Shown piece after piece: positions 34,597 through 48,008 of a stretch of DNA of 64,000 nt. Position numbers and translations under genes: made by a program. The stretch spans positions 39,173 to 103,172 of IMG/VR virus record IMGVR_UViG_3300021426_000065; one strand, given 5' to 3'. Under the pieces are notes generated by a model. The model was not told the DNA's origin. It searched no databases and saw only the letters and a list, made by a program, of their open reading frames with translations. This DNA comes from a virus. Lineage: Duplodnaviria; Heunggongvirae; Uroviricota; Caudoviricetes. How positions within the stretch are numbered: the first letter of the stretch is position 1; each line of letters begins with the position of its first letter.

Positions 34597-37500
34597 ATGG
34601 CTTACGATAAACATACTTGGAGTACAAAAGAAGCGATTACCAAGTCAAAGATGTAGCATATTGAAGATGGCATAGAAGCCGCTTCAAATAAAGCGGATGC
34701 TAATGAAACTAATATATCTACATTGAACAATAAAGTTGGTAATATTGATGTCAATAATGGCGGCTCTATAAGTCAACGTCTTAGTAGCATGTCTGGCGAT
34801 ATTCAAACGCTTAAAAATACTAATGTTGGCGCTTTAAGTGCTCGTCTAGAAAGCGTAGAAAATCAAGTAAATGCTGCACGTGGCGATACAGAGCCAAGAC
34901 CAAATCTTGCTTAGGTACTCGCTGATATGCGTTCAGAAACGGCAAGAGTAGAAAGAGAGTATAAAAGTGCTGATACAACTATTAATAGTAATATTACAAC
35001 AGCACAAAATACAGCTGATGCTGCAATTTCTGCTTTAAATCTGGCAAAAGGTAATTCTGAAAGCGTAGCTGACAGAATAGCCGCGATAGAAACTGTTAAT
35101 CGTACTCAAGATACTGATATTTCAACTTTAAAAGGTAGAATGAATACGCCAATAACAGGTGATACAAAGAGTGTAGAATAGCATCTTTCTAGTCTTCATA
35201 CGGATGTTGATACTATTCAAAGTGAAATAGAAACTGCGCGTGGAGTAGATAATTTAAACGTTGCTCGTCAGAATTTAAATGCGCGTTTTGTTGATGAAGA
35301 AACAAGACTTTCCAATGTTGAGGGGCGTTTAGTAACATTAGAAACTTCTACAGGCACTACAATACCAAATAGAATTGGTGCGGTTGAAGGGCGTGTGAGC
35401 ACCGCGGAAGGAAAAATTACTAGTATTGAAAGTGAATTAACAAGTGCAAAAGATACATATGATTCAATTGACGCGCGTTTCGACGAGGTTGAAGCAACAG
35501 CAAATGCAGCAGCGGTTGCTGCGACAGTTAATACTGCTCTTGATGGACTTGATGGTCGTTTAAATGCGATTGATGGTGGATCTGCACTAGATACAACTAA
35601 CGGCACGCTTGCCAGTCGTGTATCCGCGGCAGAAAGTGCTATTAGTCACGCGGTAGATGCTGGCAATAGTGATCCAGGCGGTTTAACTGAACGTTTAACT
35701 GCGGCTGAAACTGCTATTGGAACAAAAGCAAATAGTAGTGATATGGAAACTGCACTTGCAGCAAAAGCAAATACTGCTGATGTAAATACTGCTTTGGCCG
35801 TGAAGGCAGATACTGCAATTGTTAATGCTATTAGTACAACAATTGTTAAAGCAAAAAATGATGTTGCATATACAAATAACGTACCAAGCACTACACAAAC
35901 TTGGACTATTAATGATAAAGATGATTATCTATTACAGGCCGCGAATGATAAATATTATTATTGGAAACATATTAATAATGAGTGGCATCTAATGGGTGGT
36001 GCTGGAAACGGTGAAGGCGGCGGAGGTACTGGTAATAGTGACTCTGAAAATTATACAACTTACGCCGCGTTTGAAGAAGCACAGAAAAAAGATAATAAAG
36101 ATTATTATGTTTTACAAGATGATAATCTTTGGCATCATTATCGTTATATAGCATCTGCTGGTGAAAATGATACAGTTGTTTATACCCGTATTGAAATTGG
36201 ACAAATAATAGATACAAATAAAATTAAGCGATATAACATGGAAAAGGTATATGACGAAGATGAGAAAAAATATTACTTAAAAGTATATCAATATGATTAT
36301 AATGAAAATAATAATGATATTGATACCGACTTATCTGATATTTTACCTTGGAAACCATCTACTACTTATAGTGTAGATGCGCAAGTAGTCTATAATGATG
36401 GATATGTTTATAGATGTATAGTAGCCAATTCAGATGCTGAATGGATAGCAAATAATTGGGAAAAGATTAGTAATATATGTACTATTCAATTTATTGAATT
36501 GCCAGAAGGCGGTGGCGGCGGTGCTTCTGCTGGTATTGTTAAGCGTTTAACTCGTATAGGAGATCAAACGATTGAAACAATTACTAATAATTAGATATTA
36601 CTAGAAGCATTTTATTCTTATCATACTACTGAATTAGATGACAATGGAGCACTTATACCAACAGAATCTAGTTCTGGTACATATGTTTTACGTTCTGGAA
36701 ATACAGTAATAGAAACAGGAACTGTTCCTAGTGGTGCTTATAAAGCAACAAATATTCAACCCGGCGATCCAGGTTATATGCAATTTGATGTTACTAAATA
36801 TTGTAATATTGGTAATACTACTTTTGAATTAGTAGTAACAACGGAAGGGACCCAACAGACTAAAAACTGGACAGTTAGAGTTATTGATTTACATTTAGAA
36901 TCAGAAGCACCAGAAGTATTATTAATTTCTAGTTCCGAAGCATACAATTTCCCATATGCCGCATTTGGCGCATTAACAAAAACATTACATGTTATTATAG
37001 ATGATGATACAGAACATGAAATAACGGCTACCTTAACTTCTATTACCTCTGGCCGCACGGCAACAGTAACAATTCCTGCGCAAGAACATGGTGCTCACAG
37101 CATTGATATGTATTTAGAGGCGACAGTTGGTGGCGTAAGAAGAACAACTGAACATTTAATACGTGAATATATTTGGTATGATGACGAAGTTGGTACCACA
37201 ATTTTAGCATCGCCATATAATGAGCAAACAATTACTGCTCAACAGTATTCTACAATTGAAATTCCATATCAAGTATATAAAAAGAATGCTTCTATAATTG
37301 ATGTAGAATATTATTTAGATTAGAATGCCACACCATTCGGTTCTGTTAGGTTAGATAATACTAACACTGGATTATTAACTTATTTAGCAACAGACAAGGG
37401 CGAACATTCTATAACAATTAAAGTAGATGATATTACTATTACTACTTCTCTAAATATTACTCAATTGGATATAAATATTTCTCCTGTTGAAGGTGCTATT

Positions 37501-40500
37501 ATTGATTTCAATCCGACTACATTAGAAAATAGTTCTACTAATCGTTTACCTTCTTGGACAGTAGGACAAAATCAATATAGTTTTATTGATTCTAATAATT
37601 TCAACTGGTCAGAAGATAGTAATGGTGGCGGATATAAGAGAGAAGAGGATGGTAAAGCATTAGTTATAAAAGCAGGCACTTATATTAATTTAAATTATCC
37701 AATCTTTGCGAATAATATTTTAACTTAGGGTGCGGAATTAAAGATTATTTATAAGACAAAAGCAGTAAGAAAAGCAGACGCTATTTGGTTATCTAGTGTT
37801 GACAAAATGTATAATAAAGACGTTGGATTATAGTTAGGCGCGCATTCTGGTTGGTTAAAAACCACAAGAGCGGTTAATGAAAACGTAGAAATAGAACCAG
37901 ATGAAAATGGCGTTATTGCTATGAATGGTATTAACTATAATATTTGGAAACCAAATACTGCTTATGCCGTTAACGATATTGTCGTTTTATGGGATGAATC
38001 TGATGAAGATAACCATCAGTTAATATTTAAATGTCTAAAAGCCTGGGATAATACACATGATAGTTTCTTAAATAGTAAAGGAAAAGTAGATACAGAAAGT
38101 TGGTTAAGTGTTGGTAAAATTAGTGCTAATATCGCGGCGACTGACTCTTATCTATATCTATCATATTCCGAACAAGATAAGATTGAATTAGATATTAATA
38201 TTGATGCCGCGGCGTAGTTTATTATGTCTTATGAAGATGGTGTGCCTAGTAAAGTATATGCATATTCTATCGGTACTGGCGGAGATGGATTAACTCATAC
38301 AAATACTATTCATATAGGCTCTGATGATTGCGATGTTTATCTATATGGATTACGTATTTATAATAAATCTCTTACTACCGCGGAAATATTACAGAACTTT
38401 ATTGCAGATGGCAGAGATGTAAATGAAAAGATTGATCGTTATAATAGAAACTGTATTTATTGGGATCCAACATAGAATGATGGCGAAGGTGGTTATTTCC
38501 CATCTCCATCTCCAACCGCGACTCTTGACCCAATTAAATTAGCAGAAGTAATGCCAAACGTAAAGGTATTAATGTTAGATACACCAGTTTTTACCACAAG
38601 TAAGAAAGACTTTATAATGAATAGTACACTTCGTTGTATTCATGCTACTGGCGGTAATGTATATACTTCTCGTGGTGATGCAGATAACTGGCTCTTTACT
38701 AATGGTTTCCACAGTGGTCAAGGTACTACTTCTGATAACTATGGACAAAGCGCAAGAAATGTCGACTTCTTATTTGAAGTGGATGCTAAACATTGGCCTA
38801 CTAAATCAAAAAATATGGGTACTTACAAAGTTAAAGATAATCCAGATTATAAATCCACTGTTTATATAGGTAAAGATGCATCCGCTTGGAATGAAGAAAC
38901 TAAAACATGGGTTCCAACCAGAGAGCCAGAAGCAATAGAAGTTTGCGAGGATTGGAAAGGAGATAATTGTAAAGTTAGTTTAACTGAAACCTCTGTCCCA
39001 AATAACTATTTTAACTTAAAAGTTAATGTTGCTTCTTCTGAAAATGTAAATAATGCTTTATTCTAGAAACGCTATGATGATTTCTTAGTATATTCTTCAC
39101 CAGCACAAACAAATCAAATTGCTGAGCATCGTCTTAATTATTAGGCCCTTGGACAAGATGTATCTAAGATTAAAGTTAAAAATAGTATGGAATTTGTTCC
39201 AGCAGTATTATTCGTGCGCGAAAATTAGCAGGATGAAAATGGAAATCCATTAAATCACGTAGAATTTAATGACTGTGATTGGCATTTCTATGCTCTTGGT
39301 AATATTGGTGACTCTAAGAAAACCGATTATACTCGCGCATACGATCCAGAAGATATTAATGAATTCACTTGTGAGAATTCTGATAATAATACTAATAATG
39401 GTCAGTTCCAGTCTGGTGTATTTAATTACAATGGCCATGAAGCAATTGAGACTGATTACCGCGCATGGTCAACTACTGATGAATATGTTGAGAATGATAT
39501 AGTTATTAATGACGGTATTATTTATAAATGTGCAGTAGCTAATGCTACAACTGGCACATGGGAAAATAATCAATGGACAGCAATAATATACACCAATTGG
39601 ACAGAAACAAATTCAGCACCTTATTTTGCTCCGCGTACTAATCCAAACTCTATGGAATATATATTCCCAATTAATCCAAGTCAGTGGAATGTATAGTTAG
39701 ATGGAGAATATTTAAATAGAAAACATAAAACTTTAATTAAAGAAAAGTTTGATGGCAATCATTCATTTGAATTTAGATATGCTTGCTGCGGTGACTATCG
39801 TGATGGTGATTTAATTAATGATACAAATGGAGATAGTACAGTTCCTAATACTGATCCTGAAACAATGGCAAAGAAACCTTTCCTTACAAAAGATGATGTA
39901 TAGGAAAAATTAAATCATGATGTAATGCTTGCTTTCTACGAATGGGTAATAACTTCAACTCCTGAACAATATCAAGCAGAAGCATCACAATGGTTTGTTA
40001 AGAGCGCAATGGAATTCTTCTATGCCTATACTCATTATTATACAATGATGGACAACCGCGCGAAAAATACTTTCTGGCACTTTGCTAAGACCGGTACTTA
40101 TATTGAAGTATCTCGTCCTGTAAAAGAATTATTACATGTATATGAAGAATCTTCTGATAATGGTATTACTTGGAGTCCAGCAACTGGAACAGAAATTGAT
40201 TCTAATAAAAAATATCGTACACAGTATGCTTTTGATATGTGGGCATATGATATGGATACTGCTGCTGGTATTGATAATAATGGTCAACTTTCTTTCCCTT
40301 ATGGTAAAGAGGATGATGATTATCGTGTTGATGGCGTTCCAACTTCTGGTTATGCTTTTAACGGCGCAGGTTCAATTTTCTGGCGCAGATTAAAGACAGT
40401 ATTTGCTTCTGAAATAGCAGATGTTATGAATACTGCATAGAGATGTTTCCGTGCAGAAGATCTAATAAATGAATTTGATAGGTTCCAGAATTGCTTCCCA

Positions 40501-43500
40501 GAAGAAATTTGGCGTCTTGATATTGAGCGTAAATATGTTCGTACATTTACAGGCGCGTCTATTGATGATTCTATTACTGTCGGTAAAAAGAATCCTAGAT
40601 TCTTAACAGCAATGATGTAGGGTCGTAAGAAATATCAGCGTCGTCAGTGGATACGTAATCAAAGTTTGTACTTTAATAGTAAATATCGTTTAAGTGATAT
40701 TACTATTGCTAGTAATACAACAGAATTTAATGTCATTACTCCCGCGAATGCTAATGATCCTAATATTGCGGTTAAACCCAATTATGATTTAAAATTAGTA
40801 CCTTATCAAGATATGTATATTAATGTTACGGTTGGTAATGGTGGGCCAACACCATCGTAGAGAGTAAAAGCCGGAGAAACATATATACTCCCAATTGCTG
40901 ATTATACATCTGCGAATTTTGGTGAAACTCGTATATATATTTATGGATTTAGTGGCATTTCAGAAATCGGAAATCTTGCTTCTATGTATCCATACTCTTT
41001 CACATTAAATGCTCTGGATCACTTAAAGAAACTTGATATGGGAACCGATGCCAGCGGTTATGTCAATGCTAACTTAACTAGTTTGCCATTTACAACAGAT
41101 ACAGAATTACCACTATTAGAATCAATTAATATAAAGAATTGTCATAGTTTATCTGGTGGTTTAAACTTAAATCGCGCGAATAATTTACGAACCGTTGAAG
41201 CCACTGGCACCACTATAACTGGTATTAATTTACCACAATATACTCAGATTGAAACATTACATTTACCATCAACAGTAACTGATTTAGTTTTATATGGTGC
41301 AAAAAAATTAGATGATTTATAGATTATCAATAATAATACAGGATTAGTTGATTATTCTGGATTGTTTAATTTAAATATTTATGATAGTGATTATTCTTCT
41401 AATATAGATTGGATGAGTATCGCTAATTCAATTATTGAAAAATAGAGTTTAGAAACTAATATTTCTTTATTACGTCTTTCTAATGCTACTATTGTTGATA
41501 TTGAATCCTTAGAACCTTTTAAAGAATTTAAAACTATACTTGAAAATAAAGGAAATACATTAGAATTAAGTGGTACAATTAATGTTACTGGTGATTGGTC
41601 ACAAATAGAAAAAGATACTTACAAAACTATTTGGCCTGATTTAACTTTAAATACAACAAATGGCAGCGAAGTAAGTAAAGTATTAGTAAGCTATGTAAAT
41701 AGAGGATATCAAAGTGATACAGAGTGGATACCAGAACAAGAAATCACAACTAGATATATTACAGTGGGTGATCCAATACCAGATATTTATTCTAATGTAT
41801 CTGTTTCTGAATTACCAACAAGAGATGCTACTATTGCTTCTGTTTTTTAGTTTGGTACTATTAATTAGTCTACTTATAGAGTATACTCTGGTTGGACACT
41901 AAGTAAAACTGGAGACAATCCTGTATCACTTTATACTTAGGGTTATACAAATAATAATCCTTATAGAGCCTCGGCGTCTATGAATGGAAAAGTTAGCTTA
42001 TATACTTTATTTAATGCTACTCCACATAAATATACTGTAAACTGGTATTTAGATTCTTCAACTTTAATTAAGTCTGAAAGTAATCAAGATTATGGCGGCG
42101 GTTATGATTTAGAAGCACCAACAGTTAAGGATATCAGAGAAAATTATGAAACTATAAAAGATTTCCATATTAATTCTGATAATACTGTAACATATTCAAT
42201 TTTTGATGGATGGCAAAAATTGCCAACCAATATTAATCCGACTTTAGAAGAAGCAAAAAATAGCGTATACAATATATATGCTAAATGGTATACTAACACA
42301 GTAAGCATTGATGAAGCAGCGGAGAACGGTTTATTTAGCGACACAACTTCTCCTTCATTAGAACAATTACTAGTATTCTCTCGTATGAGTAATACTGATA
42401 GAAATAGTTATCCTAAGAGTAAGACAATTGTTAAAAATAAAAAATTTAATTATTAGATGGGCTTTAATGGAACTAATAACAATGGAACGGTAATTGTTAA
42501 TACAAATGCGGTACAAACCTTTACCAGTGATAATGCTGGCAATAGTATTGCTTTTAATAATATTAAGCCATTCAGTACTAATAATGGATTTACTTTAGCA
42601 ATTGATTATCAATTTGATGATACACAACAAATTTCTACAGACGCCGCAATTTTAATGGGTTGTTATGATAAAGTTAATGGTAATATTACTGGTTTTGCTC
42701 TTTATAATAATACCAAGTCCGAACATGGACCGACTGGCGCGGTAGTAGGATATGGAAATATGTTTAGTATACAAGATAATACAAAATCTGTAGGTGTTCT
42801 AGGGCAACGTAATATGCTGGTTATACGCCATCCAGCTAACTCATCTAGATTATGGATTTATTCTAGTAGAAATACCAATAGTGCCTCATTAGAACAAGAT
42901 TATATTCCAACTTATATTGATTTAACTACATAGACTTTATCAGAAAATGCTGTTCTATGTTTAGGGCATTTACGTACTGATATTAATACTAATAGTAACT
43001 TTAGTAATGAAGAAGGAATTAATACTACTGGTGCACAAGGTACTATTTATTGGTTAAAATATTGGGATGAAGATTTAGGAGCAGGAGAATGTCAACAATT
43101 GGCACAGTGGCCTCATGAAAATATGACGTCAATAATTACTGCTGTAAGTGATGATTTTACTTAGGAAGTAAATGGTAATATTAGACCGGCGCTTTATTTT
43201 ATGGGATTAAATAATTCTAGTCATGGTATGACTAATAGTGCTCGTTTTGATCGTAGTGAAGGTACAAACGTTGGTTGGAATAATTCTGCTATGAAGACTA
43301 TTTGTGATGAGCGTATCTTTAATGGCCTTCCAATTAGATTACAATCTATTTTAAGCAATATTAGAGTAGGACATTTTAATTATTTGGCTCAATATAATAC
43401 TTCAACTGAAAGTATGGGATATGCATTAAGTAATCTTTAGACAAGTACTGGGTACGTTTATTTGCCTTCTATTAGTAGTTTAACATTTAATGTTGCTACT

Positions 43501-44082
43501 TATAATAATGAATCCATATATGAACGTAATGGGAAAACTACTGGTACTTTAGTTACTGATATTACTCCTTATTCATTATATGAAGACGCGGCTTCTATGG
43601 CAGTATATGATTATTATAATACTGGTACTAGATGGCGCGAAGCCAGTGCAGAAAGTGCATATTATAATTTAAGATTTACTAATAAACCAATTAGTTGGAG
43701 TACAAGTTCTCCTTTGCGTATTTATAGAATTGCTCGTAGTGCAATTCCTAGTGGCTCTACGCTACGTAATTTAATTCCTAATTTAGAATCAGGAGATATT
43801 GTGGTTTTAACTAATGAAGCCGCTTATATGTATGTTTCTACGGATGATTTAAGTTATGGCTTATAGCCCGAACCTCAAACTGATATATTTAATACAGCAA
43901 TAGGTAGTGTTACAGAGGGCGGTTGGATTAGAAGTTAGTCTTATATTACTCGTTCAGTTACTGCCTCTAGTAGTCAATATAACAATTTTATATATATTAA
44001 TGCACTAGGGGTGCCAGTTATTCCAGATAATTCTAATTCTTAGCCGGGATTAATTAATTTGGATTATGCTTTTACAATTTAA
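34597..44082 (+). CDS. Giant ~3161-aa protein: coiled-coil N-terminus, CBM5/12-like repeats, LamG-like, CotH-kinase-like and LRR-like regions (TAG=Gln)
   Basis: All 15 same-frame track fragments end in TAG; AAGGAGG RBS; TAA 44080-44082 then terminator; motifs [35 protein letters not shown]. Gaps between fragments only spot-checked. Confidence 0.8.
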
Positions 44083-44134
44083 TGTTATATAGGGAGACGA
44101 GAATTACTCGTCTCCCTTTTAAGGGAGTGATATT

Positions 44135-44863
44135 ATGAAATATTTTAAATTAATAGAAAATAATTCAATTGTCGGGGTTGTCACTTCTGATAATTTTATG
44201 CATTATAATGTATTAACAGATAATTATATTCGTGCTAATGAATAGATTGGAGAATATGTAAATTATAATGGAAAATTTTATCGGGATAATTGGATGCAGC
44301 CCTTTGTTCATAAAGCTAAATATCAAGATATAACAATTATGGAAATTGATGAACAAGAATATTTAATGTTATATGAAGCTTTAAAAACAGAACAGGAAAT
44401 TGAATATGCACAAGAAATATATGACAATACTGAAGAGCCAGAAACTTCTGAAGATACCACTTCTATTGATTTTATTCGTTCTTCAAAAATAAAAGAAATG
44501 TCTTATCAATGCAATAAAACCATTGAAAATGGTTTTGATATTGAAACAGAAGATGGAATCCATCATTATTCTTACGCACTTGAAGACCAGCTTAATTTAA
44601 TGAACCTGTCTGCCGCAATCGCGCGCGGAGAAGAGCAACTTTCTTATCATGCAGATGGCGAACTCTGCAAGTTCTATACCGCCGCGGAAATTAATGAGAT
44701 AATAAGTGCGGGAAATGCGTGGAAAACGTATCATACTACATATTTCAATGCGCTTAAAGCATATATAAACTCATTAGAAACTATTGAAGAAATTGATGCG
44801 ATTACTTATGGTATGGAATTACCAGAAGAGTTTAAATCAGATGTTCTTCGCGTGATAGAGTGA
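44135..44863 (+). CDS. DUF4376-like tail-associated protein (one TAG=Gln)
   Basis: KIKEMS..CN.TI.NG...DQLNL...YHADGELC...YHTTYFN.LK. Confidence 0.72.
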
Positions 44864-44948
44864 CTCAAATAATTGACAAATATAAACAATGTATGATATA
44901 ATAGATATATATAGGAGATGTATATCTCCGTAATTATAGAGGTATTAT

Positions 44949-45128
44949 ATGAAATATACAGAAGAAATTGAAAATGTTCAAGTAGAAGAGGAGTTCGGAT
45001 GCCCTTACTGCTGGAATAAGAAGAAAAAGCAAGAAAAAGAATTATATTTCTTTGATGCTAGTAACAATTTACGTTTATGTCATTATTGCCCCAATTGCGG
45101 CCGCAAATATGAGGAGGAACGCTTATGA
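44949..45128 (+). CDS. Small Zn-ribbon protein
   Basis: CPYC...YCPNCGR; promoter 44873-44902. Confidence 0.65.
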   Translation: MKYTEEIENVQVEEEFGCPYCWNKKKKQEKELYFFDASNNLRLCHYCPNCGRKYEEERL

Positions 45129-45511
45129 GTTTTATGAATGGATATGGACAGCAGCAAATGCAGATGCCTTCTCCAATGCAAATGACTTAGCGTTGGAACT
45201 TGCCGCATTATGAATCCCCACCACTGAATGGGCGCGCAGATGCGAATAATTTTAGCATTGGCCCTAATAGTTCTATCTGGCTACCAGATGCGAATGAGGA
45301 TATTATTTGGTGGATAAGAACTGATAATATGGGAAATAAGAGTATTACATCTTGGGATGTTTCGCCTCATAAAGAGCGCGGCCCAGTTGATTATGATGCT
45401 CTTGAAGCAAGATTAGCAAGTGTGGAGGAATGGATAAATGCCAAGTAGAATAAGTCAAATGCTAAACGAGCCAATCCAGCAGCAAATGCCGCAGCAGTAG
45501 CAACTGAATAA
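45125..45511 (+). CDS. Gln/Met-rich N-terminal hypothetical protein (TAG=Gln)
   Basis: MSFMNGYGQQQMQM...; two TAGs; TAA stop. Confidence 0.72.
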
Positions 45512-45722
45512 TTCTATTGCTTAGGCAAAACAAATGATGCATATGGTTCAAATGTCGCAAAATCCATAGGCAGAATTAGCAAATCTAATTCGTAATAATC
45601 CTAATTCAGCCGCGATTTCCAATATGCTTCAAAACGGTAACAGCTTAGAGCAAATTGCTCGTAATATGGCACAACAAAATGGTATTGATATTAATAATTT
45701 AATAAATCAATTATAGGGATAA
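45438..45722 (+). CDS. Gln/Asn/Met-rich small protein (four TAG=Gln)
   Basis: CAG CAG TAG CAA run; NP(TAG)AEL; EQIARNMAQQNGID. Confidence 0.72.
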
Positions 45723-45944
45723 CGAAAGTTATCCCTTATTTTTTTTACTCTCATAAAAGAAATTACATCATTTTTTCCATAACCTATCTACCTATATATT
45801 AGAGTAGGAAATTGCTGCTTATATCTATGCTTCTTCATAAGAGTATATTTAATTATAGTGAAATAATAGCGCAATAAGACGTAGGTATAAGCAATTTCTA
45901 TAAAGTAATTCTTATATATTAATACTATATGGAGGATGATATTT

Positions 45945-46577
45945 ATGGACAATATGACTCCTGCGGACATCGCCGCTGTTAATGGCAATAATGGTGGAAA
46001 TGGTTGGGGCGGAATGATTTGGTTATTCGCTATCCTTGCGATGATGGGTGGCGGCTTCAACTGGGGCGGTAATCGCGGCGGCTACTATGAACAGTATGCT
46101 ACTCGTGACCAAGTACAGAATGGTTTTGACACACAGAACTTACAGGCTCAGACACGTGACATTTTAGCCGCGGTAAACGCTGCTTCTATGGCCGGTGTTC
46201 AGGCTACCAATCAGGTTTATCACGACGTAGTAAATTATGTTGGTGATAAATACATGGAACTTCAACGTGATGTTGCCGGCTTAGCAGTTGGCCAGGCGAA
46301 TCTACTAGCCAAAGAAAATGAAACTGGTTGCAACATTCTTCGCGCGATTGATGGCGTTAATTACAATGCCGCTATGAATACGGCCGCGATTAATGCTAAT
46401 ACCACTGCTGTTGGCCAGAAGATTCTTGATGCTATTGCTTACAATAAGATGGAAGCAATGCAGAATCGTATTAATCAATTAGAATTACAAAATGCACTAA
46501 ATGGTGTAGTTCGTTATCCACAGGGTTGGACTTATAACGCCGGAAATAGTCCATTCTGCGGCGGATGCAATATGTAA
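45945..46577 (+). CDS. Gly-rich TM plus coiled-coil protein of a widespread Clostridia/phage hypothetical family
   Basis: GGNGWGGMIWLFAIL..GGGFNWGG...ATRDQVQNGFD; GGAGG RBS; terminator follows. Confidence 0.8.
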   Translation: MDNMTPADIAAVNGNNGGNGWGGMIWLFAILAMMGGGFNWGGNRGGYYEQYATRDQVQNGFDTQNLQAQTRDILAAVNAASMAGVQATNQVYHDVVNYVGDKYMELQRDVAGLAVGQANLLAKENETGCNILRAIDGVNYNAAMNTAAINANTTAVGQKILDAIAYNKMEAMQNRINQLELQNALNGVVRYPQGWTYNAGNSPFCGGCNM

Positions 46578-46654
46578 AGAGCGTATTAAGTACGCCAAGA
46601 GGGGACGTACATAGTACGTCCCTCTTTTTTTATTGCTATCTAGGAGGAAAGTAT

Positions 46655-46969
46655 ATGAAGATTATTGAAGAGATTTCCAAAGATATTGAAAAAGAAATAT
46701 GTAGCGCAGAGTGCTATGCAAAGAAAGCTTTGGAATATAAAGATTCTTACCCTCTGGTTGCTGACCATTATTATAAAGTCGCAGCATAGAATATTGCTAA
46801 TATTACTACAAATCTTCATCCCGCGGTTACGGAAGTAATTGATGCTTATAAGAAAGAGAAGGGCGAACCGCCTGAACATATGAAAATGCTATATGACATT
46901 ATTCATAGACAATATATTGAGCATCTAGCAGCAGTGAAAGGCATAATGTCTTTATATAAAGAGATGTAA
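46655..46969 (+). CDS. Helical-bundle hypothetical protein (one TAG=Gln)
   Basis: MKII..I..EI.SAE.YAKKALEYK...GEPPE.M; AGGAGG RBS. Confidence 0.72.
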
Positions 46970-46984
46970 TAGGAGTGATTTATT

Positions 46985-47395
46985 ATGTTTCAAGGATATA
47001 GTTCTAATTTAACTGTCGCGGCAAACACCGCTTTTCCTTTTAATAATACCTATGTGGATAAGGGCAAAGCAGAAACTCTATCTGGGCCGGCTACTGTTCA
47101 GCTAAATCAGCGTGGCGTATATCTTGCTAAAGTTGATGGTTATGCTACTGGCGCGGCCGCAGGACCAGAGACAATTCAATTATATATTAATGGGGTTGCC
47201 CAACCGCAGGCAATTAGTGCATTTGACCTTACTACTACTGGCGCGACGAACTTTAGTTTTGCTAGCTTAATTCAAGTCGCGGCCAATAGTTGCCCTTGCA
47301 ATTATGTGGTTAATCCTACTGTCGTTCAAGTAATGAATGGAGACGCAGACGTGGTTGACGCGCATATTAATATCGTAATTACTAAGATTTGTTAA
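46985..47395 (+). CDS. Beta-sandwich (BclA-C/C1q-like) hypothetical protein
   Basis: Beta-rich; TVQLNQRGVYL. Confidence 0.68.
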   Translation: MFQGYSSNLTVAANTAFPFNNTYVDKGKAETLSGPATVQLNQRGVYLAKVDGYATGAAAGPETIQLYINGVAQPQAISAFDLTTTGATNFSFASLIQVAANSCPCNYVVNPTVVQVMNGDADVVDAHINIVITKIC

Positions 47396-47437
47396 TGTGG
47401 TGCCGCGCTTCGGCGCGGCACTTATAGGAGAAACATA

Positions 47438-47995
47438 ATGACAATAAATGAGATTTTTACTGCGCTTGCGTCGCATATGGAGACTGGTATAAATGTACAC
47501 AAAGATTTTATTAAGGTGTATAATTTTTTATATTTAAAAGGATATAAAAAATGCCATGAATATCATTATCTTGAAGAGATATAGGGATATTATAATTTAT
47601 GTCATTATTATATGGACCATTACCATTAGATGATAGAAGTCGCGGCGGAAAAACCGGTTGAAGTAATACCCACGTCATGGTATAAACATACATAGTTTGA
47701 TGTGGATATTGGCACAAAACGCGGGGCGATACGCGACTTAATGAAATAGTGGGTAGAATGGGAGAAAGCCACGAAAGAATTAATGTAGACTTTATACAAA
47801 GAGCTTTGCGATTTGGGCGAAGTCGCGGCGGCGAAAGAAATTGAAAAGTATATTCGTGATGTAAGCGAAGAGCTTGCGGGCGCCGAAAAGAAGTGGTTAA
47901 AATTGGAAACAATAGGATACGATATTGGACTTATTATGGATGAATAGGAGAGTCTGTATAAGAAGTATTCTAATAAAATAAAAAATCTTTTTTAA
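47438..47995 (+). CDS. Ferritin-like four-helix protein (TAG=Gln)
   Basis: LKGYKKCHEYHYLEE...WVEWEKAT...IRDVSEEL; open only under code 15. Confidence 0.68.
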
Positions 47996-48008
47996 GTAGG
48001 TGGTTGGA

